The notes beneath the pieces were generated by a model that ran no database searches, had not been told where the DNA came from, and saw nothing but the letters and a program-made list of their open reading frames with translations. A stretch of 64,000 bases of DNA from the NCBI GenBank assembly GCA_963741955.1, contig CAVUKB010000005.1, positions 480,001-544,000 on the forward strand. Reading direction: 5' to 3'. The stretch is from an uncultured Acidobacteriota bacterium. Its GTDB lineage: Bacteria; Acidobacteriota; Thermoanaerobaculia; Gp7-AA8. This document shows, one piece after another, positions 36,478 to 46,844 of the stretch (the first letter of the stretch is position 1; each line of letters begins with the position of its first letter). Position numbers and translations under genes: made by a program.

Positions 36478-39400
36478 CTACTTCTTCCCCTTCTGCAGGA
36501 TCTCGAGACGCTGCTTCGCGAGTGCCCAGGTGGAGACGGCAGTCCCCTCGTCGGCATCGGGCTTTTCGACCTTCCGGTACGCCGTCACTGCGGCGTCGTT
36601 CTCTCCGTAATCTTCCGCGATGCGGCCGAAGACGAACCAGTCGACGGCGCGCGGCTCATCGAGAGGCGACGCTGCGATGGCCCGCAGGATCACCTGATTC
36701 GCTTCGGCTGGGCGGCCGCTCGACGCGTAGATCGATGCGAGGGTGTGAAGCGTCGCGTAATTTCCCGGCGAGAGGAGGACGGCGCGCTGCCCGAGCTCCA
36801 CGTGATGAGGAGTGAGCCCGGTGAAGAGACCCAGCCACGCCGCGTCGTTGAAGATTCCGGGGGCCGGGTCTCCAGTTTCGATCATGGTCTTCAGGTAGCC
36901 CTCGGCCTCCTTCAGCTCTCCCCGCTGCTCCGCGGTGAGGATCAAGGACTGAAGCGCGTATGCGTCGCGGTCGTCCTTTTTCAACCGCGCCTTTGCCAGA
37001 GAGACCGCCTCGTCGTACCGCTTCAACTCGGTGAGCGCCCCGGTCCTGGCGGCGAAGAGCGTGACCGAGTCGGGATCGTCCTTCGCCAGTTCGTCCGCAA
37101 CCGCGAGCAGTTCCTTCGCCTGGTCGAGCCGCTGGTGCGCCCGCATCTCCGCGAGACGGATCGCGCGCTGCTCGTCCGTGGAGAGGGATTTCGTGTCGAT
37201 GGCGGAGAGTGAGGCGAGCGCTTCTTTCGCCAGCGCCTTCGTTCCGCCCGCCATCAGAGCCGCGACCGCACGGCGGATCGCGGGCTCTTCCGCTTTCGAG
37301 CCTTTGGTCCAGAGCCGCGCGAAGGGAGAGGTGCGGTACCAGTCGTCCCCCCCGCGGATGCTGATCTCCTCGCGAGCCCAGTCGAGCCAGTGGCGTGCGC
37401 CGTCGAGATCGTGTCGTTCGACCAGCTCGAGCACGTGCGGTCCCGTCAGTTCGACCACCTCGGACATCGCGAGCAGCCGGTAGTGGCCATCTTCCTTCAC
37501 CACGAAGTACTTCTCGTCGACTCCCTGCGCGCTCTTCGAGCGCATTCTCAACCGGTAGCCCGACGCTTCGTTTCCGTCACGGATGAACTCGAGGCTCGGG
37601 AGAGCGAGGTCCGCCACCAGGTCGCCACCCATCCCTGCGCTTCCGAGCATCTGCCGGACGAGCGACGCGAGCGCGACCATCCCTTCGAGATCCTCTTTCT
37701 CCACCAGCTCTTCACGGGTCCGGGCGGCGAAGAACGGGATGAGCGTCTCCCCCTCCAGCGACGGATCGGTGAGGACGGTGACGAGGAGCTTTCTGATCAA
37801 CCCCTCCGGCGTGGCATCGTCGATCTTCATCTCCTCGTGCTTCTTCGCCTTTCGGAGGGTGTCGATCAGGACTGCCTTCTCCGCCGCGTTCGATGCACCG
37901 TTGAGCGTCGCACTGAACATGTCGGCCGCGGGCTGGTAGAGCCGGAGGACCATCAGCGAGCCTCCGACGGCATCGAGCAGTTCGCGGCGCTTGTCGGGGT
38001 CCGACCTCAGCTTCTGCCCCTCGACGATGGCTGCCTCACTCCCCCGCTCCGCCGCGATGGCGGTGAGCCGGAGCTCATCGCGGACGGGAAAAGCGAACGT
38101 GGACGATTCCTCCTTTTCCACGTCCGCATACCGCCCCGCCCAGAGGAGCGCAGTGAGATAGAGCTGATCGAGATCACCGCTCTTTTCGAGCTTGCGCGCT
38201 TTCTCGAACGCCTCGATGGCTCCCTTCAGATCGGCGCCGGCACCGAAGCGGGCGCCGTGCTCGTCGAACTCGAGAAGGATGCCGAGGTTCCACGGAATGA
38301 GACCGTTCTCCGGGTCGAGCTCCATCGCTTTTCGATAGGCTTCGACGGCGCCGGCACGATCCCACCCGCTCTTGAACCTCCGGCCGATCATATCGAACTG
38401 GAGAATCCACGCGAGGGCCTCGTATCCGACGGACGACTTCGGGTCGGCCGCAATGGCCTGGTGTGCCTCGGCGCGCGCCAGCTCGCCCATACTTCCGGCG
38501 AGGAGCGCTCGCGCGATCCGGGCGTGATGCACCGCCTCTTTCGGGTAGGCCCTGGCCAGGCGCCTGAACTCCTTCAGCGCATCACCGACTTTCCCCGCGG
38601 CGAGATCCGCTTCTCCGATCTGGTCGAACCCGATCAGAATCGGCTTCCCGTCGAGATCGGCGAGAGCCTTCTTCGTCGCTTCGAATTCCGCAGGAGTCAA
38701 TCGTGCTTTCCCGGTGTCGAGGGTCAGGTGTGCAGTAACCGCTCCGGAAGGCTCGGTGACGAACTTCTTTTCGAAGCGCATCGTGCCGAGATCCTTCGAT
38801 TCATCGGGGGGAAGCGCGCGGGGGGCGAACCCGTCGGGAGCGACGATCCGGTAGGTCCACTCCTTGACGTACGGCTCGGGCAGCTCGAAATCGTTCTTTC
38901 TGGTCTTCTCTTCCTTCTTGTCGTCCTGATCGTCGCTCCCGGATCGGAGCACCCACGGCAACTCGGAGAAGAGCTCTCCCGGAAGGATTCCCACCACCGC
39001 CTCGGACTGGGTGGTGATGCCGCGCGATCCCTTCGGAATCTCGATCCGGATCCGGAAAGGGCGCGTCAGATCGTTCGGATCGCTGACGTCGATCTTCGGA
39101 TCTTCCTTGGCCACATACGCCGTTCGTGCGTATCCCTCGAGATTGCTCTTGATCGATTTGGCGTCGCGCGATGCGTACTCTGCCCGCATCTCGCTCTCCG
39201 GAGCGCCGGTGTACCGCGACGTCTCCACGATCTGCGCGGGGCCGCGCTGCGGGAGAGTGAACTCGCGCATCTCGGAGATCCGGTTGTCGGTGGAGACGGA
39301 GTGGGGTGTCCTGACCAGATCCTTCGTCGATGCCGCGGCGATCAGCGCCCAGTGCCCCTGATCGGCGATGGGCAGCTCCCCTGCCCGGGAGAATTCGTCC

Positions 39401-40596
39401 GTCGGATCGATCCAGAGGTCGACCGGTCGCGAAACGTGAACGATGGCGTGGTTGAAGCCGCCCATTCCGGGGAGCTCCGGATCGACGTACGCGCCGGCGC
39501 CGGAATCGAGGAGGACCACCGCTGCCTCCATCCCGGCGGCGCGGAGCATCCCGGTCAGGAGAGTCGCCTTGTCCTTACAGTCGCCGAAGCGCCGCGCGAG
39601 CGTCTCCGCAGGGGTGCGCGGAACGATGGAAGCCTCACTGAACTCGACTCCGGTGTAGCGCACCTGGGATTGCAGCAGCGCGAGAATGCGATCGATCTTT
39701 TCACGATCTCCTTTCGCGCCGCGGATCGCCGGCGCCACCACGGATTTGAGCTCGGCGCCGTCGAGCTGCTTCGCGACCACGGCCTCGTATGCGGTTGCGA
39801 CGTCGCCCCACGATTTTCCGGTGGTGAACGCGACATAGGGAAACTGATGGACGTCGGAGGGAGTGAGGAACTCGTAGTCTTCGATCGCGGGAACGGGTCC
39901 GAGTTGGAACTGGTACCGGATCCGTCCATCCTGCCGTGTTTCGATCGGTTCGATGGGAGGGGTGGTTCGCACCGCGAAGCGGAGCGGCACGTCCGCGGGA
40001 GCGTCGACCGTGAGGCGGATCTCCCGGGACGGCGCCCCGGCACTCATCGGCACGCGGGTCACCACTCCGGCCTCGAAGAGAGGCAGAGTCCCTCTCTTCG
40101 TGATCCTGAACTCGACCACCGACCCTTTCTTCACCGCCGGCAGAGGGGCGCGGGTCACGCGCGTATCGGTGTACATCCGATTCGAGATCTCCCGCGACGG
40201 GGCGTCGGCGATGGTCGACGGATCGAAGGGATGGACTGCGCCGTCCGGCGTGATCACCCGCGCCTCGATCTCCGGTCTTTGTTCATACCAGGAAGCCCAC
40301 CCTTGCGAGATACCGGACCAGTCTTCGACCGCGCTCTCGTCGAGGATGGTGTACACCTCGCGGCGGGTGAGAGTGATCGCACCCTTCGCGTCGATGCCGT
40401 ACGTGGTGTCGAGCAGAAGGACCTCGACGGGGTTCTGGGATCCGGCGGTCAATGTGTCGGCGCGCTCGAGGATTGCCCTGGTATCCGGCGCAAACGCCTG
40501 CGACCACGGTTCCTGATCGGCCGCAAGAAGTGAGCTGGAAAGAAGAACCGCAGAAAGCAGCAGCAATACGACCCGACCGCGGAGATCCCGAAGCAT
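36478..40596 (-). CDS. Exported DUF3857 + transglutaminase-like + TPR protein
   Basis: Signal peptide; GSVVEF; GDCKDKATLL, FNHAI, WIDPT catalytic triad motifs; TPR-like helical C-terminal half. Confidence 0.9.
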   Translation of the reverse strand: MLRDLRGRVVLLLLSAVLLSSSLLAADQEPWSQAFAPDTRAILERADTLTAGSQNPVEVLLLDTTYGIDAKGAITLTRREVYTILDESAVEDWSGISQGWASWYEQRPEIEARVITPDGAVHPFDPSTIADAPSREISNRMYTDTRVTRAPLPAVKKGSVVEFRITKRGTLPLFEAGVVTRVPMSAGAPSREIRLTVDAPADVPLRFAVRTTPPIEPIETRQDGRIRYQFQLGPVPAIEDYEFLTPSDVHQFPYVAFTTGKSWGDVATAYEAVVAKQLDGAELKSVVAPAIRGAKGDREKIDRILALLQSQVRYTGVEFSEASIVPRTPAETLARRFGDCKDKATLLTGMLRAAGMEAAVVLLDSGAGAYVDPELPGMGGFNHAIVHVSRPVDLWIDPTDEFSRAGELPIADQGHWALIAAASTKDLVRTPHSVSTDNRISEMREFTLPQRGPAQIVETSRYTGAPESEMRAEYASRDAKSIKSNLEGYARTAYVAKEDPKIDVSDPNDLTRPFRIRIEIPKGSRGITTQSEAVVGILPGELFSELPWVLRSGSDDQDDKKEEKTRKNDFELPEPYVKEWTYRIVAPDGFAPRALPPDESKDLGTMRFEKKFVTEPSGAVTAHLTLDTGKARLTPAEFEATKKALADLDGKPILIGFDQIGEADLAAGKVGDALKEFRRLARAYPKEAVHHARIARALLAGSMGELARAEAHQAIAADPKSSVGYEALAWILQFDMIGRRFKSGWDRAGAVEAYRKAMELDPENGLIPWNLGILLEFDEHGARFGAGADLKGAIEAFEKARKLEKSGDLDQLYLTALLWAGRYADVEKEESSTFAFPVRDELRLTAIAAERGSEAAIVEGQKLRSDPDKRRELLDAVGGSLMVLRLYQPAADMFSATLNGASNAAEKAVLIDTLRKAKKHEEMKIDDATPEGLIRKLLVTVLTDPSLEGETLIPFFAARTREELVEKEDLEGMVALASLVRQMLGSAGMGGDLVADLALPSLEFIRDGNEASGYRLRMRSKSAQGVDEKYFVVKEDGHYRLLAMSEVVELTGPHVLELVERHDLDGARHWLDWAREEISIRGGDDWYRTSPFARLWTKGSKAEEPAIRRAVAALMAGGTKALAKEALASLSAIDTKSLSTDEQRAIRLAEMRAHQRLDQAKELLAVADELAKDDPDSVTLFAARTGALTELKRYDEAVSLAKARLKKDDRDAYALQSLILTAEQRGELKEAEGYLKTMIETGDPAPGIFNDAAWLGLFTGLTPHHVELGQRAVLLSPGNYATLHTLASIYASSGRPAEANQVILRAIAASPLDEPRAVDWFVFGRIAEDYGENDAAVTAYRKVEKPDADEGTAVSTWALAKQRLEILQKGKK

Positions 40597-40736
40597 TCAT
40601 CCTCCAAGGCGCGCGAAGCCCCAGTTCCGCGGACGCCGTTGTTTTCTGACAGCCATTCTACCGTGAGACAGAGACGCTGCCCGTCGAGCGGCGAAAATCG
40701 TCACGCACCACAATCCCTCCACTCGCCGAAGCGCAC

Positions 40737-43109
40737 TCAGTGGAGGGTGGTGCCCGTGAGCGCTCGCACCACGTCCGAATGCGGCTCCGAGGCGGTGATG
40801 GGGACGTCCAGCATCATCCCGAGCTGCTTGAGATGTGTGAAGGGGCTTCCCTCATAATGGAGCTTCGCCGACGGATTCGCAGGGCGGAAGCCGAAGTCGA
40901 CCAGTTTCTGCTGTGCGGGAACGTCGAGAAGAAAGTCGTCCAGCGCGCCGGCCGCGACCTTCTTCTCCGGCGTCACACCGGTGTCGTCGAGGACGTAGAA
41001 CGTCGCGTCGTTCCAGATGTTGATCTTCGGATAGACGACACGCACTTTCCCCCAACGGTCTTCGGCATTCTGCATCTTCGTGATCGCGTCACTTTCGTAG
41101 ACCAGCACACCGTCATACGCAGAGGGCCCTCGCACGACCATCGAGTCCATGATCTCAGTGCTGCTCCCCTCTGCCTGGATGGCAGGCGAGAAACCCTTCA
41201 GCCAGCTCAGGAAGTTCGGATCCTCCACTTCGGCAAGGGAGAGAGCCTGCTGATTCCTGAAGTGTTCGGCGGCGACGACCATCACCCCGGTCAGGCCACT
41301 GAGGTGCTTTGCCGGGTCGCCGATGGCGAATGTGAAGCGTCCCCAGTCGGGCTTCCCCGCGATGGTCGTCCAGCCGTCTTTCTGTCCAAGGGCATCGTGG
41401 ACATGATCGAACGTGACGCTGCCATAGTGTTTCACGAAGGCCTGATAACGGTCATCGAACATGACCACCACACTCGGTGTGAGCGAGATGAGATCCGCCC
41501 GGACGATCGCATCACGCCCGTATTTCGAACGGAACTCCTGCTCCAGGTCCTCCCGGAAGAGATTCGACGGTGCAATCCACGCGTCGATCTCGCGTTTGTC
41601 GTCGAGGATCACCTGGTGCGCCTGACCGGACGGAAGCTGGACGAGGTGAACGTCGATGTTGCGGCCTTCCGGCGACTTCTCGAATTCCGCCACCGCCCAC
41701 TTCAGCCAGTCTGCGTTTTCCCGCCCATGCGCCACCGCGATGCTCACGCGGTTCGTGGTCCCGGCCGCGCCGGTCATAGACGCCTCGGTCGCGGAGCCGC
41801 CACCCTTCCCCCGCTGCCAGAGGATTCCTCCGATCGCCACGAGTACGACGACGATGATCGCCGCGATCATCAGCGGCGGGATCCTGCGAGCCGGCGTGGA
41901 AGGTTTCGGCTGCTCGATCACGGTCGGCGCGTCGAGGTCGGACGTCTTCGGGACCGACGAGAGCCGCGCCTTTTCGCCGACCTCGCTCGCGTCGCGAAGC
42001 TCGGCGAGTCTGCCGAGGAGAGGTGCGGGCGCTCCGGTGGTCTCCCCGAGAGATTCACGACAGAGCTTCAGCGCTTCGAGGAGGGCGAACGCATCGACGA
42101 ATCGCTGCTCGGGATCCTTGTCGAGGCACGTGTCGAGGAGCACCACGATCGCGTCACTCACGTCCGGCCTCGCATCGCGAATCGGAGTGTGCGGGAGCTG
42201 GATCGTGGCCAGCATGATCGATGCGGACGATTCGCCGGTGAACGGCGCATGGCCCGCCAGGAGCGCATACAGAGTCGCGCCCATTCCGAACACGTCGGCA
42301 GGTTTCCCTGCTTTGCGTGCCGACATCGCCTGCTCCGGAGCCATGTATCCCGGCGTGCCCATCCCGGTCTGTGTTCCGGTCAGCGACTGCGCGACCTCCT
42401 CGGTGCGGGCGAGCCCGAGATCCGCGAGCTTCGCCTGGTCGAACCGGAGCTCGTCTGTGCCGCGTCCGTACGGGATCATCACGTTGTCGGGCTTGATGTC
42501 ACGATGGATCACACCCAGACGGTGTGCCGCCGCGAGTCCCTCCGTCGCTGCAATGCAGATGTCGAGCGCCGTCGCCTCGTCGAGATGCCGCCCTTCGCGC
42601 GCCGCCGCCTTCATCGCCGCTCCGGCGGAGACACCCCTCACGTACTCCATTACGAGATAGAAGAGTCCCGCTTCCTCGTTGACGTCGGTGACCCGCACGA
42701 GGTGGGACGACTCGATGTTCGCCGCGATCTGAGCTTCACGAATGAAGCGGTCCACCAGCTGCGGCTGGAGCTCCGCCAGATGAAGAGGGAGAACCTTGAC
42801 CGCGACCTCCTGCCGCAGCAGGGGTTTCACTCCGCGGTAGACGGCGCCCATTCCCCCCTGTCCGAGTTTCTCGAGGATCGGGATTCCGCCGAGCGAAGGG
42901 ATCTCCTTCCCATCGTATGTGACGCGCGGAACGTTCAGCAGGAGTCTGTCGGACGAGAGATCCTCGAGGATCGGAGGAAGTCCCGGGATGGGAGTGGGTC
43001 TCCCTGCAGGCACGACGGTCTCCGCACCACCCGACGCTTCAGGAGTGGGAGTGATTTTCGTCTTTTCCGGATCGTCGCCCGCATGACCGGGTTTCGGGGT
43101 TTCGTCCAT
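40737..43109 (-). CDS. Membrane Ser/Thr protein kinase with extracellular solute-binding-protein-like domain
   Basis: LGQGGMGAVY, VAVK, HRDIKPDN, DLGLAR, GTPGYMAPEQ; one TM; C-terminal SBP-like region (TPSVVV, WGRFTF..DP...SG, VYESDAI, QQ.L..GFRP). Confidence 0.9.
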   Translation of the reverse strand: MDETPKPGHAGDDPEKTKITPTPEASGGAETVVPAGRPTPIPGLPPILEDLSSDRLLLNVPRVTYDGKEIPSLGGIPILEKLGQGGMGAVYRGVKPLLRQEVAVKVLPLHLAELQPQLVDRFIREAQIAANIESSHLVRVTDVNEEAGLFYLVMEYVRGVSAGAAMKAAAREGRHLDEATALDICIAATEGLAAAHRLGVIHRDIKPDNVMIPYGRGTDELRFDQAKLADLGLARTEEVAQSLTGTQTGMGTPGYMAPEQAMSARKAGKPADVFGMGATLYALLAGHAPFTGESSASIMLATIQLPHTPIRDARPDVSDAIVVLLDTCLDKDPEQRFVDAFALLEALKLCRESLGETTGAPAPLLGRLAELRDASEVGEKARLSSVPKTSDLDAPTVIEQPKPSTPARRIPPLMIAAIIVVVLVAIGGILWQRGKGGGSATEASMTGAAGTTNRVSIAVAHGRENADWLKWAVAEFEKSPEGRNIDVHLVQLPSGQAHQVILDDKREIDAWIAPSNLFREDLEQEFRSKYGRDAIVRADLISLTPSVVVMFDDRYQAFVKHYGSVTFDHVHDALGQKDGWTTIAGKPDWGRFTFAIGDPAKHLSGLTGVMVVAAEHFRNQQALSLAEVEDPNFLSWLKGFSPAIQAEGSSTEIMDSMVVRGPSAYDGVLVYESDAITKMQNAEDRWGKVRVVYPKINIWNDATFYVLDDTGVTPEKKVAAGALDDFLLDVPAQQKLVDFGFRPANPSAKLHYEGSPFTHLKQLGMMLDVPITASEPHSDVVRALTGTTLH

Positions 43110-43249
43110 CGGGTTCCGTCCTTCCGGCATTGATACGCGACAGTTTCAAAGGAGCTCATCTTAACGCAAAAAAGGAAGATCGGTTTTGGCCGGATGTATG
43201 CTTGCGTTTCGATCCGGTTTCTGTAAGGTTGACTCCCCGGAGGCTCCTG

Positions 43250-44317
43250 ATGGCCGGTGTGCTCTTCCGCAGCGTCAACAAGCGATACGGCGACGTCAGT
43301 GTGATCGACGATCTCGATCTCGAGATCCGCGACCGCGAGATGATGGTCCTGGTCGGCCCGTCCGGTTGCGGGAAATCGACCGCTCTGCGGATGATCGCGG
43401 GACTGGAAGAGATCACATCCGGGACCATCGCAATCGGGGATCACGTGGTGAACGACCTTCCGCCGAAGGAGCGCGACATCGCGATGGTCTTCCAGAGCTA
43501 CGCGCTCTACCCGCACATGACGGTGAGGGAAAATCTCGCATTCGGACTCAGGATGCGGAACGTACCGCGCCCGGAGATCGAGCGGCTCGTCTCGGATGCC
43601 GCAGAGATCCTCGAGATCACCCACCTCCTCGACCGGAAACCGAAGCAGCTCTCGGGCGGACAACGCCAGCGCGTGGCGGTCGGCCGGGCGATCGTCCGCC
43701 ACCCGGCCGTCTTCCTGTTCGACGAGCCGTTGTCGAACCTCGACGCGAAGCTCCGGGTCCAGATGCGTGCCGAGATCACCCGCCTGCAGAGAAGACTCGA
43801 GACGACCTCCGTTTACGTCACGCACGATCAGGTGGAGGCGATGACCATGGGCGACCGGATCGCGGTGATGCGCGCCGGGAAGATCCAGCAGGTCGGCCCT
43901 CCGCTCGAGGTCTACTCCAGCCCTGCCAACCTCTTCGTCGCGCAGTTCATCGGGACGCCGGAGATCAACATCCTCGACGCCCGGATCGGCGAGGACGGAG
44001 CGACGATGGTCTCGATGGGGGTCACGCTTCCCGCCCCGGCGAATCTTCCGGCAGGATCGGGAAGAGAGATCAAGCTCGGCGTCCGGCCGGAGCACGTGCT
44101 GCTCGCCGCGGCCGATTCGCCGGTACGACTCGAGGCGGTCGTGGAGATGGTCGAACCGCTCGGACATCAGTCGATCGTGCACACGTCCGTCGACGGGACG
44201 CGTCTGGTCGCCGCGCTTCCCGCCGAAGTACTGCCTCGCTCGGGAGACCGGATCGGGCTCACGTTCGATGCGCATGCGTTTCATCTCTTCGATGCCGCTA
44301 CCGGTGAGCGCATCTGA
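43250..44317 (+). CDS. Sugar ABC transporter ATP-binding subunit (MalK/UgpC/MsmX type)
   Basis: GPSGCGKST, LSGGQRQRVA, DEPLSNLDAKLR, YVTHDQVEAMTM, C-terminal TOBE. Confidence 0.95.
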   Translation: MAGVLFRSVNKRYGDVSVIDDLDLEIRDREMMVLVGPSGCGKSTALRMIAGLEEITSGTIAIGDHVVNDLPPKERDIAMVFQSYALYPHMTVRENLAFGLRMRNVPRPEIERLVSDAAEILEITHLLDRKPKQLSGGQRQRVAVGRAIVRHPAVFLFDEPLSNLDAKLRVQMRAEITRLQRRLETTSVYVTHDQVEAMTMGDRIAVMRAGKIQQVGPPLEVYSSPANLFVAQFIGTPEINILDARIGEDGATMVSMGVTLPAPANLPAGSGREIKLGVRPEHVLLAAADSPVRLEAVVEMVEPLGHQSIVHTSVDGTRLVAALPAEVLPRSGDRIGLTFDAHAFHLFDAATGERI

Positions 44318-44405
44318 TCCCGGCGATCGAGATTCCCGTATCGAAGACCTGACCCCGATCCATTGCGAAGCCGAGGCGTCAGGACGTATGCGAACGATTC
44401 GCCTT

Positions 44406-44684
44406 TCAGAACAACTTCGCCGCGAGACTCGGTTCCTTGTCCGTCCGCGTTCCGACTTTGATCGCGGTTGCGAGACGAGGCACTCCGTCGGCGTGAAGCA
44501 TCTCGTGGATCTTCTCGATCGCCGCGAAGATCTGGTGAAGATCCCCTTCGACGTTCGTCCCGTACGCGTGGAGCTGTGCGTGCAGTCCCGCCGCGGCGAG
44601 AATCTCGTGCGCCTTCTTGACCTGATCCCGCACTGAAGTTCCGACCCCGAGCGGGATCACTTGAATCTCGGCAGTAGCAATCAT
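44406..44684 (-). CDS. MTH1187/thiamine-binding family protein
   Basis: IPLGVGTSV...GTNVEG...HE.L...G.PR....K...RTDK. Confidence 0.85.
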   Translation of the reverse strand: MIATAEIQVIPLGVGTSVRDQVKKAHEILAAAGLHAQLHAYGTNVEGDLHQIFAAIEKIHEMLHADGVPRLATAIKVGTRTDKEPSLAAKLF

Positions 44685-44722
44685 GAGTCACTCCTCCTCG
44701 ACAGTGATATCACGGCGAGCGG

Positions 44723-44852
44723 CGAGAGACGAGAGACGAGAGACGAGAGACGAGAGACGAGAGACGAGAGACGAGAGACGAGAGACGAGAGACGAGAGAC
44801 GAGAGACGAGAGACGAGAGACGAGAGACGAGAGACGAGAGACGAGAGACGAG
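44723..44852 (+). repeat. Perfect heptamer microsatellite (CGAGAGA) x ~18.5
   Basis: Uninterrupted run 44723-44848 plus a partial unit. Confidence 0.97.
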
Positions 44853-45025
44853 GAGAAGTCAATACGCAGAAGAGCATGTGGTCAAGAGATTTGAGAACAT
44901 AGGGAGATCTCCGGAGCGCCGGACGCGGGGGCGTTGAGGCACTCGAGGCTGTCCGCCGGGAGCGGTCCTCGTCGACACCGCTCCCTCGCCTCACGGTGCC
45001 AGCTCGAAAGAGTCGCGGAAGCGGC

Positions 45026-46633
45026 TCACCCGTTCGGATCGAGGAGAATGATCAGCGCGGAATCGCCCTGAAGCTCGAGCCGCTTCTCGATCCGTGTTCC
45101 CTCCAGGCTCCGGTCCGTCGCCAGGACGACCTCTCCCCGAACTTCGCGGTGCTCGAATTCGACGATCCCGGGGCGGTGCCCGAGGTTCAGCGCGACGAGG
45201 AAGCTTCGCTCGCCGTCGCGCCGTATGTAGGCCAGGAGATCGCCGTCGGTGTTGATCGGGATGAACGCGCCGACGTTGAGCGCCGGCTCGCTCTGGCGCA
45301 ACCGGATCAGCCTCCGGTAAAACGTCAGGAGCGAGCCGGGATCCGCAGATTCGTCTTCCACATTCACGGAGACGTGATCTTCGGGAACCGGCAACCACGG
45401 ATCGCCGGTGCTGAACCCGGCGTTCCCGCCGGACGTCCATTGCATCGGAGTCCGCTGCGGGTCGCGCCCGAGCCCGAGCCCTGGAGTGAGCTTCTCCTGA
45501 GGATCGTGCACCAGCTCGTGAGGGATCGCCACGTCGTGCATCCCGATCTCGTCGCCGTAATACATCGTCGGCGTTCCTCGGAGAGTCAGCAGGAGGGTCG
45601 CCGCCACCGGTGCCTGCTCCTTCCCGACGCGACTGAGCACGCGGGGCTTGTCGTGATTCCCGAGGACCCAGTTCGGCCATCCCCAGGGAGGAAGGGAACC
45701 TTCGTACTTGTCGATCGCGGCAGCGATCTTCCGCGCGTTCCACGGAAGGACGATCAGCTCGAAATTGAACGGGAGGTGTGCTCCGGAACCGTGGAGTCCG
45801 TAGTATTCGACGAGCTGGCCGATCGGGAGATAGATCTCCGCGATCATCACCCGCTGGTCGTATTCGTCGAGGAGAGAGCGCATCTCCGAGACGACGTCGT
45901 GCACTTCCTGCTGGTCGGTGGAGAAAGCGGGGATCACCTCGTGGTAGGGAGGATCGGTCTGCGGGTTGTAGTCGGGATTGGGAGGGTTGTCGCGGAACTG
46001 CGCGTCCTTGATCAAGTGCCACATGACGTCGACCCGGAAGCCGTCCACTCCCTTGTCGAGCCAGAACCGCATCACGTCGTACATCGCGTCGCGGACCTCG
46101 CGATTTCTCCAGTTGAGGTCCGGCTGTTCCTTCAGAAACGCGTGGTAGTAGTACTGCTCCGTCTTCTGGTCGTACTCCCAGGCCTTTCCGCCGAAAGCGC
46201 TCAGCCAGTTGTTCGGCGGCCCTCCCTCCTGGTCCGGATCGAGCCAGAGGTACCAGTCGCGCTTCGGACTGTCCCGCGACGATCGCGACTCGATGAACCA
46301 CGGGTGCTGGTCCGAAGTGTGGTTGGGGACGAAGTCGAGAATGAGCTTCATTCCCCGCCGGTGGACTTCTTCGAGAAGGCGGTCGAAGTCGTCCATCGTC
46401 CCGAACATCGGATGGATTCCGGTGTAGTCGGAGACGTCGTACCCGAAGTCCTTCATCGGCGAAGGGTAGATGGGAGAGATCCAGATCGCGTTCACGCCGA
46501 GGTCCTGGACGTAGTCGAGTTTGCGGACGATCCCTTCGAGATCGCCGATTCCGTCGCCGCTCGAGTCGAGGAACGACCGCGGATAGATCTGGTACACGAT
46601 TCCGTACTGCCACCAGAGATGTTTCTCTCCCAT
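45026..46633 (-). CDS. GH13 alpha-glucosidase/oligo-1,6-glucosidase-like enzyme
   Basis: YQIYPRSF, DFGYDVSDY, DFVPNHTS, GFRVDV, NHD, GRDPQRTPMQW. Confidence 0.95.
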   Translation of the reverse strand: MGEKHLWWQYGIVYQIYPRSFLDSSGDGIGDLEGIVRKLDYVQDLGVNAIWISPIYPSPMKDFGYDVSDYTGIHPMFGTMDDFDRLLEEVHRRGMKLILDFVPNHTSDQHPWFIESRSSRDSPKRDWYLWLDPDQEGGPPNNWLSAFGGKAWEYDQKTEQYYYHAFLKEQPDLNWRNREVRDAMYDVMRFWLDKGVDGFRVDVMWHLIKDAQFRDNPPNPDYNPQTDPPYHEVIPAFSTDQQEVHDVVSEMRSLLDEYDQRVMIAEIYLPIGQLVEYYGLHGSGAHLPFNFELIVLPWNARKIAAAIDKYEGSLPPWGWPNWVLGNHDKPRVLSRVGKEQAPVAATLLLTLRGTPTMYYGDEIGMHDVAIPHELVHDPQEKLTPGLGLGRDPQRTPMQWTSGGNAGFSTGDPWLPVPEDHVSVNVEDESADPGSLLTFYRRLIRLRQSEPALNVGAFIPINTDGDLLAYIRRDGERSFLVALNLGHRPGIVEFEHREVRGEVVLATDRSLEGTRIEKRLELQGDSALIILLDPNG

Positions 46634-46844
46634 TGCCAGCCCTCTCGCTGCCGGACATTGCAGAAATCGTTCACACGTCCCGGCCGCAACGCGGGAGGCT
46701 CGCCTGAATCGCTCCGCCAGCTTCCGTGAAGCCTCGGTCACGAACCGCGTTCCGGAGGCGGGAACCACGTCGATATGACGGCGATCCACGGTATGATCTC
46801 GGCGCGCGTACTGTTTACCCGGAGCGCTTCTCAGGAGAACCGGA

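Noticed and set aside
37390-43133. Long plus-strand ORFs (1047 and 797 aa) and similar ones at 31241, 44996, 53660 and 61100
   Set aside because: Antisense shadows of well-supported minus-strand genes, typical of high-GC codon usage.
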